NCBI GenBank assembly: GCA_964450175.1
Contig: CAYVHH010000199.1
Location: 1 to 35,018, forward strand
Reading direction: 5' to 3'
From: an uncultured bacterium
Lineage (GTDB): Bacteria; Methylomirabilota; Methylomirabilia; Rokubacteriales; CSP1-6
DNA length: 35,018 nt
Shown: positions 25,248-31,756 of the stretch, piece after piece
How positions within the stretch are numbered: the stretch's first letter is position 1
Layout: each line of letters starts with the position of its first letter
Translations under genes and position numbers: made by a program
Notes under the pieces: generated by a model
What the model was told of the DNA's origin: nothing
Seen by the model: the letters and a program-made list of their open reading frames with translations, nothing else
The model's database searches: none

Positions 25248-26123
25248 ATGCGCTCGGTCTCTCCGACGTTCATCGGCTGCCGCCTTCCCCTCGCTGACGC
25301 CCGCATCGTCGTCTACGGGATTCCGTTCGAGGGGCGGGTAAATCTGAGAAAGGGCGCCGACGCGGGCACGCTCGACGTGCGGCTCGGCTCCGAGTCGATC
25401 GAGACCTACTCACCGGCGCTCAAGCGCGACCTCGAAGACCTGGCGATCACCGACATCGGCGACTGCGAGCTGCCCGACGGCGCACCGCCGCGCGAGCAGC
25501 TCGATGCCGCCCGTGAGCAGATCGCCGCGTGGTGGCGCCCGGCGTTCAAGCCGTTCATGCTCGGCGGCGACCACACCGCGACCGTGTCGGTCATCGAGGT
25601 GCTGGCGCCGGCGTTCCCTGATCTCCGCATCCTGCATCTGGATGCCCATCCCGACCTGCGCGAGGAGTTCCTGGGCGAGCGCTACAACTACGCCTCGGCC
25701 CTCGCCCGCGTGATGGATGTCGTCCCGCCCGAGCGTGTCTACCAGGTCGGGCTCCGTGCGGGCGCCCGGGAGGAGTACTACCGCCACCGGCCTCACTTCT
25801 TTCCGATGTATCCGATGGTGGCCGGGCATCCGGTGGACGTCGTGCGCCGGCTGCTGCCCGAGCTCCAGGGGCATCCGCTTTACGTCACGATCGACATCGA
25901 CGTCCTCGACCCGGCGGAGGCGCCCGGGACCGGCTCTCCCGAGCCCTGCGGCCTGAGAGTGCCGGAGCTGCTCGAGATCGTGCGGATGCTGGAGGGTTGC
26001 CGGGTCATCGGCGGCGACCTCGTCGAGGTGGCTCACGCCTGGGATCCCTCCGGCCGGACCGGCATCGCCGCCTCGTGGGTGATCCGTGAGGCGCTCCTGG
26101 CATGGTGGGGGGAGCTCCGCTGA
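25248..26123 (+). CDS. speB: Agmatinase (ureohydrolase/arginase family)
   Basis: Mn-binding motifs of the arginase fold are present: LGGDHT, LHLDAHPDL, TIDIDVLDP and GGDLVEV. The context (divergent from speH-speE) favours agmatinase over other ureohydrolases. Confidence 0.8.
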   Translation: MRSVSPTFIGCRLPLADARIVVYGIPFEGRVNLRKGADAGTLDVRLGSESIETYSPALKRDLEDLAITDIGDCELPDGAPPREQLDAAREQIAAWWRPAFKPFMLGGDHTATVSVIEVLAPAFPDLRILHLDAHPDLREEFLGERYNYASALARVMDVVPPERVYQVGLRAGAREEYYRHRPHFFPMYPMVAGHPVDVVRRLLPELQGHPLYVTIDIDVLDPAEAPGTGSPEPCGLRVPELLEIVRMLEGCRVIGGDLVEVAHAWDPSGRTGIAASWVIREALLAWWGELR

Positions 26124-26908
26124 AGCTTCGCGAGAAGAGCCGGGCTCGGGAGTACAGCGCCCCGCGCTTCTACGAGATCGCGTTCGAGCTGAACCGGAAG
26201 GGCGAGGTCGACTTCCTGGTCCATTGCTTCACGCGGTTCTCGCGGCGGCCGGTCCGCCGGGTCGTCGACATCGCGTGCGGCACCGGACCCCACCTTCTGC
26301 GGTTGGCCGACCGCGGCTACCAGATGTCGGGCCTCGACCTCTCGCCGCGGAACATCCAGTTCCTGCGCGAGCGGCTCGCCAAGAAGGGCCATGAAGGCGA
26401 GCTGGTCGTCGGCGACATGACGGACTTTCGGCTCGCCCGGCCGGTCGACGCGGCCATCTGCATGCAGGACTCGCAAGGGCACCTGCTGAAAACCGAGCAG
26501 CTCGTGGCCCATCTGCGGGCCGTCGCGCGCTGCCTCAAGCGTGGCGGGCTCTACGTCTTCGACCGCTACATGGTGTCCTCGTGGACGAACCCGGCGCGGC
26601 GCTGGACGTGGTCCAAGCGCCGCGGCCGCCTGATCGTCCGGGCCTCGTTCTCGGCCCTCAACGACGTCGATCCGGTGAGCCAGGTCTTCCGCGAGCGCAT
26701 GACGCTCGAGGCCATCGAGAACGGCACCCGGCGGCTCTACCGGCAGACCCACCTGTCGCGCATGGTCTTCCCACAGGAGCTGAAGACGGTGGTCGAGCTG
26801 GCGGGCGGCTTCGAGTTCGTGCAGTGGTTCTTTGGCTTCAAGCCGCATCAAGTGCTCGAGCGGTCCCGGCATCCGATCATCATGGTCGTCGTCCTCCGTA
26901 AAAAGTAA
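26102..26908 (+). CDS. Class I SAM-dependent methyltransferase, TylM1/DesVI-like (amine N-methyltransferase-like)
   Basis: The SAM motif I is VVDIACGTGPHLLRLA. The block GDMTDFRLARPVDAAICMQDSQGHLLKTEQL...LKRGGLYVFD closely resembles my memory of TylM1 (GDMRDFRL...SSVGYLKT...LEPGGVVVVE). It overlaps the speB 3' end by 22 nt. Confidence 0.8.
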   Translation: MVGGAPLKLREKSRAREYSAPRFYEIAFELNRKGEVDFLVHCFTRFSRRPVRRVVDIACGTGPHLLRLADRGYQMSGLDLSPRNIQFLRERLAKKGHEGELVVGDMTDFRLARPVDAAICMQDSQGHLLKTEQLVAHLRAVARCLKRGGLYVFDRYMVSSWTNPARRWTWSKRRGRLIVRASFSALNDVDPVSQVFRERMTLEAIENGTRRLYRQTHLSRMVFPQELKTVVELAGGFEFVQWFFGFKPHQVLERSRHPIIMVVVLRKK

Positions 26909-26914
26909 GCCGCC

Positions 26915-27454
26915 GTGGCCAAGCGGTCGGCCGCGCTCGAAATCGGCCGCCGCGTGTTCCTGTGTGTCCCGACCGCCCGCCATCGCGAGGAGTTCGTGGC
27001 GTTGATGAAGCGGAGCCGACGCGCGCTCCGGCCGTGGGTCGTGCCGCCGGCGAGCCGCGCCGCGTTCGACGCGTATCTCCTGCGCAGCCGGGAGCCGACC
27101 GAGCGCGCGTTTCTGATCTGTCGGATCGAGGATCGAGCGATCGCCGGCGTCGTCAACGTGAGCCAGATCTTTCACGGCAATTTCTGCAGCGCCTACCTCG
27201 GCTACTACGCCGGCGCTCCGTTCATCGGCCACGGTTACATGAGCGAAGGGCTCCGCCTCGTGGTCCGCCACGCGTTCGGCGCGCTCGGCCTGCACCGGCT
27301 CGAGGCGAACATCCAGCCGGGGAATCACGCGTCGATCCGTCTCGTGAAGCGCGCCGGCTTCGAGCGAGAGGGATTCTCGCCGCGCTACCTGAAGGTCCTC
27401 GGGCGCTGGCGCGACCACGAGCGCTGGGCGATCATCGTCGAGGCGTTCCGGTGA
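26915..27454 (+). CDS. GNAT family N-acetyltransferase (RimJ/RimL-like)
   Basis: GYYAGAPFIGHGYMSEGLRLVVRHAFGALGLHRLEANIQPGNHASIRLVKRAGFEREG is the acetyl-CoA-binding core typical of the RimJ/RimL subgroup. Confidence 0.85.
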   Translation: MAKRSAALEIGRRVFLCVPTARHREEFVALMKRSRRALRPWVVPPASRAAFDAYLLRSREPTERAFLICRIEDRAIAGVVNVSQIFHGNFCSAYLGYYAGAPFIGHGYMSEGLRLVVRHAFGALGLHRLEANIQPGNHASIRLVKRAGFEREGFSPRYLKVLGRWRDHERWAIIVEAFR

Positions 27455-28629
27455 TGAAGAAGCCGGCGCTTCGGCTCAAGCGGGGGCACGAGGCCGCGCG
27501 TACCCATCCCTGGATCTTCAAGGGCGACGTGGCCGACGTCAGCGACGTCGACGCCGGCTCGGCGATCACGGTCGTCGATGCCGGCGGGCGCTTCGTCGGA
27601 CGCGGCTTATACAATCCGCGCCCGGCTCTGTGCTGCCGCATCCTCACCTGGACCGACGAGCCGCTCGACGCCGCGTTTTTCCAGCGCCGCCTCGAAGCCG
27701 CCACCGCCCTGCGCGCGCGGGGCCACTCTCAGGGCCCGCCGACGCTCTGCCGCCTGGTCTGGAGCGAGGCCGACGGGCTGCCCGGGCTCGTCGTCGACCG
27801 CTACGGACCGGTTCTGGTGACCCAGTGCCTCACCCTGGGTATGGCGCGCGCCCGACCCGTCGTGACCGCGGCGCTGGGTGCGATGTTCCCCGAGACGTCC
27901 GTCTTCGACATGGACGATCCGCACGCGGCCCAGCTCGAGGGATTTTCGGCGGCGCTCGGCTGGGCCGGCGGCTCCGGGCCCCGAACCGTGCGGGTCGTCG
28001 AGAGCGGCGTCACGTTCGAGGTGGCGATCGGGATCGGTCACAAGACCGGGCTCTACCTCGATCAGCGCGAGAACCGGGCGCGCGTCGGGGCCCTGGCGCG
28101 CGATCGCGACGTCCTCGACGCGTTCAGCTACACCGCGGGCTTCGCCTGCCACGCCCTGCGCGGCGGGGCCCGGAGGGCGGTGTGCATCGAATCCTCGCCG
28201 GAGGCAATCTCCGGCGCCCGCCAAAATCTGGAGCTCAACGGCTTCACGGCCCAGGCGGAGATCCGCGCGTCGAACGTCTTCGACGAGCTCCGGCGCTTCG
28301 AGCGCGACGGCGCGCGCTTCGGCGTGGTCGTCCTCGATCCGCCGCCGTTCGCGCGGAGCCGCTCCGCGCTCGACGCCGCGGCGCGCGGCTACAAGGAGAT
28401 CAACCTGCGCGCGCTGCGGCTCCTCGAGCGCGGCGGGAGCCTCTTCACGTTCTCCTGCTCTCATCACGTGTCCGACGCGATGTTCGAGGAAATTTGTCGT
28501 GCCGCCGCGGCCGACGCGGGCGTGCGGGTGCGGGTCGCCGACCGTCTCGCTCAAGCGCACGATCATCCCGTGCTGCTTGCGATTCCCGAGACCCGCTACC
28601 TCAAAGGACTCCAGCTCGAAGTCCTATGA
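27454..28629 (+). CDS. rlmI: 23S rRNA m5C methyltransferase RlmI-like (PUA + class I MTase)
   Basis: The ATG overlaps the GNAT TGA by 1 nt. HPWIFKGDV and GLPGLVVDRYG mark the PUA/EEHEE region. KTGLYLDQRENR, VLDAFSYTAGFA and VVLDPPPFA mark the MTase domain. The first 164 codons of ORF 26962..28629 are a shadow of the GNAT gene. Confidence 0.85.
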   Translation: MKKPALRLKRGHEAARTHPWIFKGDVADVSDVDAGSAITVVDAGGRFVGRGLYNPRPALCCRILTWTDEPLDAAFFQRRLEAATALRARGHSQGPPTLCRLVWSEADGLPGLVVDRYGPVLVTQCLTLGMARARPVVTAALGAMFPETSVFDMDDPHAAQLEGFSAALGWAGGSGPRTVRVVESGVTFEVAIGIGHKTGLYLDQRENRARVGALARDRDVLDAFSYTAGFACHALRGGARRAVCIESSPEAISGARQNLELNGFTAQAEIRASNVFDELRRFERDGARFGVVVLDPPPFARSRSALDAAARGYKEINLRALRLLERGGSLFTFSCSHHVSDAMFEEICRAAAADAGVRVRVADRLAQAHDHPVLLAIPETRYLKGLQLEVL

Positions 28630-28646
28630 TCTCCAGCACGGGTAAT

Positions 28647-28734
28647 GGCGTCGGGCCCGGGTGACGGGGATGCGGGTCAGGCGGAGTGGGTGACGCAGCC
28701 TGACCCGTACCGCCGGCATCCCGGGCCCGACGCC
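28647..28734. terminator. Compound GC-rich hairpin between the convergent rlmI and MBL genes (candidate bidirectional terminator)
   Basis: The outer 15-bp perfect stem is GGCGTCGGGCCCGGG (28647..28661) pairing with CCCGGGCCCGACGCC (28720..28734). The inner 10-bp stem is CGGGTCAGGC pairing with GCCTGACCCG. There are no U-tracts. Confidence 0.5.
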
Positions 28735-28735
28735 G

Positions 28736-29773
28736 CTACCAGGTGCGGGTCTGGCCGTGGCGGAGGAGCCAGATCGTGTCGAGGTCGAGGTTGAGGCGGC
28801 GGGCCTCGGCGACGAGGCGCTGCGGCGGCTCTTCCAGCGGCTCCTCGGCCAGATCGAACGTGCCCCAGTGGATCAGGACGAAGTGCTGGCCGCGCACGTC
28901 GGCGAACGCGCGAAGGGCCTCTTCGGGGTTCGTGTGGCTGGCGCGCATGATGACCGCCGGCACGTAGGCGCCGATCGGGATCGCCGCGAGGTCGAAGGGG
29001 CCGAGCCGCGCGCCGATCTCCTTGAATCCGGGGAAGTAGGCCGTGTCGCCGGCGAAATAGAGGCGCTTGGCGCGGCCGGCGACGACCCAGCCGCTCCAGA
29101 GTCGGCGGTTGCGGTCCCAGAGCGTGCGGCCCGAGAAGTGCTGGGCCGGCACGCACGTGAACGTCAGCTCCCGCTCGGCACGGTGATCCCACCAGTCGAG
29201 CTCGTCGACGTCGGTGATCCCGATGTTCGCGAACCATGCCTTGAGCCCGAGCGGCACCAGGAACTTCGGCCGATGCTCCGCGGCGAGCCGCTTCACCGTC
29301 GCGACGTCGAGGTGGTCGTAGTGATCGTGCGAGATCACGACGACGTGGATCGGCGGAAGATTCTCGAAGGCGAGGCCGGGTCGCGAGACCCTGCGCGGGC
29401 CGGCGAACGACAGGGGGCTCGCGCGCTCCGACCAGGTGGGATCGGTCAGGATGTTCACGCCGTCGAGCTGGAGTAGCAACGTCGAATGGCCCACCCAGGT
29501 GACGGTCGCGGCGCCCCGATTGTCGAGAATCGCCGGCAGGTCGCTGGCGACCGACGGGAAGTTGGCGGTGCGCGGGTTGAACGTCGCGGCCCAGATGCGC
29601 GTGATGAAGAACGTGAAGCGCGCCCACGCGCTCGCGGGCTCGTACGCCGGATTCACGTTGGCGAACCCGTGCTCGCGGTGATGGGCGGGCGCGCCCGGCA
29701 CCGGCCCTCCGACCCCCGCACAACCGCTCGTGAGCAGGACCAGCAGCAGCGCCGCGGTCAGGCGAACGGTCAG
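28736..29773 (-). CDS. MBL-fold metallo-hydrolase lipoprotein (NAPE-PLD/UlaG-like)
   Basis: VVVISHDHYDHLD is the HxHxDH motif, and YFAGDTAY plus LIHWGTFDL complete the fold. The N-terminus (M)[17 protein letters not shown] is a lipobox signal. No ATG, GTG or TTG is available in frame, so a CTG at 29773 is proposed. It overlaps the HK stop as CTGA. Confidence 0.8.
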   Translation of the reverse strand: MTVRLTAALLLVLLTSGCAGVGGPVPGAPAHHREHGFANVNPAYEPASAWARFTFFITRIWAATFNPRTANFPSVASDLPAILDNRGAATVTWVGHSTLLLQLDGVNILTDPTWSERASPLSFAGPRRVSRPGLAFENLPPIHVVVISHDHYDHLDVATVKRLAAEHRPKFLVPLGLKAWFANIGITDVDELDWWDHRAERELTFTCVPAQHFSGRTLWDRNRRLWSGWVVAGRAKRLYFAGDTAYFPGFKEIGARLGPFDLAAIPIGAYVPAVIMRASHTNPEEALRAFADVRGQHFVLIHWGTFDLAEEPLEEPPQRLVAEARRLNLDLDTIWLLRHGQTRTW

Positions 29774-31080
29774 GCGGCAGGCTCCCCGAGCGGCAGCTCG
29801 ACGACGAACGAGGCGCCGCCGTCGCCGCAGTTCTCGGCGCGTAGCACGCCCCCGAGCTCGGTCACGATCCCATAGGAGACGGACAGACCGAGGCCGCTTC
29901 CCTCGCCGGGCGGCTTCGTCGTGAAGAACGGATCGAAGATCCGCGGCAGCGCGTCGTCCGGGATGCCCGGGCCGGTATCCCGCACCTCGACGCAGGCATG
30001 ACGGTCGGTCGGCCACACCCGCACGGTCAGCACGCGATGCGCCGGGTGCTTGGCCATCGCCTGGTGCGCGTTCTGAACGAGGTTGAGCAGCACCACCTGG
30101 AGCTGGTTCTCGTCGGCCCACACGAAGGGGCACGAGGCGAAGTCGGTCACGACGCGAACGTTGTCCTGCTGGAGCTGATAGCCCTTGAGCTCGAGGACCC
30201 GGCGCGCCTGATCGGCGACCGAGCACGGCCGCCGCTCGGGCGTGTAGTGTCGCGCGAACAAGAGGAGGTTCTGCACGATGCGCGCGGCGCGCCCGGCTTC
30301 CTCCGCGACGATGCCGAGGCGGTCGCGCACGTGCGAGGTCGTCTCGGGATGCGTGAGCAAGAGATGGGTCTGGCCGAGGATCGTCGTCAGCGGATTGTTG
30401 ATCTCGTGCGCGACGCCCGAGGCGAGCTCGCCGACCGCCTTCATCTTCTCGGCGTGGATCAGCTGCGCGTGCGCGCGCTTGAGCTCGTCGAGCTGGCGAC
30501 GGGACTCGGAGTAGAGCCGCGCGTTGTCGAGCGCCAGGCCGATCTGGTCCGCCGCGGCCTGGACCAGAGCCAGCTCGGGCTTGTCGAAGGGAGCAACAGT
30601 CTTCCGGCCGAGCGAGAGCGTGCCCAGGATCTGGCCGCGACTGTGGATCGGCACGCACAGGAATCCCCGGATCTGCTCGCGGCGAACGGCCGCCTTGGCG
30701 CTCGGCAACACGTTCGGATCCTCGTAGTTACGGTCGAGGCGCACGATCTTGCCGGTGAGCGCCACCCGACCGATCAGCCCCGCGCCCACGGGCAAGGCGC
30801 GATTCACCTCGCGAAGACGCGCCGACATCCCGCGCTCGCCACGGAGCTCGAGCATCTTGCGGTCCTCGGACAGGAGATGGAGGCTCGAGATCTCGTGGCC
30901 GGTGACGTGGGTAAGCGCTTCGACCGCGGTGCGCAGGACCTCTTCGACGTCGAGCGTGCGGCTCACCGCCTCCGCGACGGTGTGGAGGATCTTGAGATGC
31001 GGCTCGACGTCGGGGCGACGCTGGTGCCCCCGGCGGCGTCGGTCAGCCGGCGAGCGCGAGTGACCGGCGCGCCGCTTCAA
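29770..31080 (-). CDS. Soluble sensor histidine kinase (GAF + HisKA + HATPase_c)
   Basis: The GAF region is [21 protein letters not shown]...[11 protein letters not shown]...FLCVPI. The H-box is [10 protein letters not shown], the N-box [11 protein letters not shown]1 DTGPGIP and G2 GSGLGLSVS. There are no TM segments. The start is uncertain. TTG 31080, which follows GTGGAG, is proposed and would overlap the RR gene 3' end by 38 nt. Confidence 0.85.
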   Translation of the reverse strand: MKRRAGHSRSPADRRRRGHQRRPDVEPHLKILHTVAEAVSRTLDVEEVLRTAVEALTHVTGHEISSLHLLSEDRKMLELRGERGMSARLREVNRALPVGAGLIGRVALTGKIVRLDRNYEDPNVLPSAKAAVRREQIRGFLCVPIHSRGQILGTLSLGRKTVAPFDKPELALVQAAADQIGLALDNARLYSESRRQLDELKRAHAQLIHAEKMKAVGELASGVAHEINNPLTTILGQTHLLLTHPETTSHVRDRLGIVAEEAGRAARIVQNLLLFARHYTPERRPCSVADQARRVLELKGYQLQQDNVRVVTDFASCPFVWADENQLQVVLLNLVQNAHQAMAKHPAHRVLTVRVWPTDRHACVEVRDTGPGIPDDALPRIFDPFFTTKPPGEGSGLGLSVSYGIVTELGGVLRAENCGDGGASFVVELPLGEPAA

Positions 31081-31723
31081 GCGCTGACTCCACGAGCGCC
31101 CGGTCCGCGGCCGGGAGGTCACCGAACTCGGTGGCGATGTCGAGGAGCAGCTGCATCTCGGCGAGATACTCGTCGGCGACCGGGCATCGGCCGGCGGCCG
31201 CGTGGCGTGCCGCGGCGAGCGCGGCTGTTTCGAGCCGCTCACCGGTCGCGCTCCGTGCGAGCGGTTGCATGCCGCGCGCGGCGCTGAACACCGTGCGGGC
31301 CAGATGCTTCCAGGGATCGTCTTCGGCTGCGTGGCTCACCGGCGAACGCTCGCCCACGCGGGCGAGACCGGCCGCGACCGCGCGGTCGAGGTAGTCGAAA
31401 TCGAACGGCTTGGCGACGTAGTCGAAGGCGCCCAGCTTGAGGGTTTCCCTGGCGAGGCCGACGTCTTCGTTGGCCGTGACCATGATGACGGGCACGCGCT
31501 CGTCGAGCTCGCGGATCCGCCGCAGGACCTGGACTCCGTCGAGTCCGGGCATGCGGACGTCGAGCAGGACGAGGTCCGCCCGACCCCCTCGAATCGCGGT
31601 CAGGGCCTCGACGCCGCTCCCCGCCGATTCTACGGAATACCCCTCGGTGGCGAAGTACTCGGTCAGGACCTCGCGAACGGGGGTCTCGTCGTCAACGACC
31701 AGAATGCGCCCCAGGGCCATCAA
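31043..31723 (-). CDS. Response regulator: receiver domain plus an unrecognised helical C-terminal domain of about 100 aa
   Basis: ILVVDDE, LVLLDVRMPGLDG, VIMVTA and AKPF define the REC domain. The C-terminal half (DPWKHLARTVFSAARGMQPL...EYLAEMQLLLDIATEFGDLP...) has no HTH or enzymatic motif that I recognise. Confidence 0.85.
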   Translation of the reverse strand: MMALGRILVVDDETPVREVLTEYFATEGYSVESAGSGVEALTAIRGGRADLVLLDVRMPGLDGVQVLRRIRELDERVPVIMVTANEDVGLARETLKLGAFDYVAKPFDFDYLDRAVAAGLARVGERSPVSHAAEDDPWKHLARTVFSAARGMQPLARSATGERLETAALAAARHAAAGRCPVADEYLAEMQLLLDIATEFGDLPAADRALVESALEAARRSLALAG

Positions 31724-31756
31724 CCAACATTCTACCCCAGGGACGGTCCCCGACCC

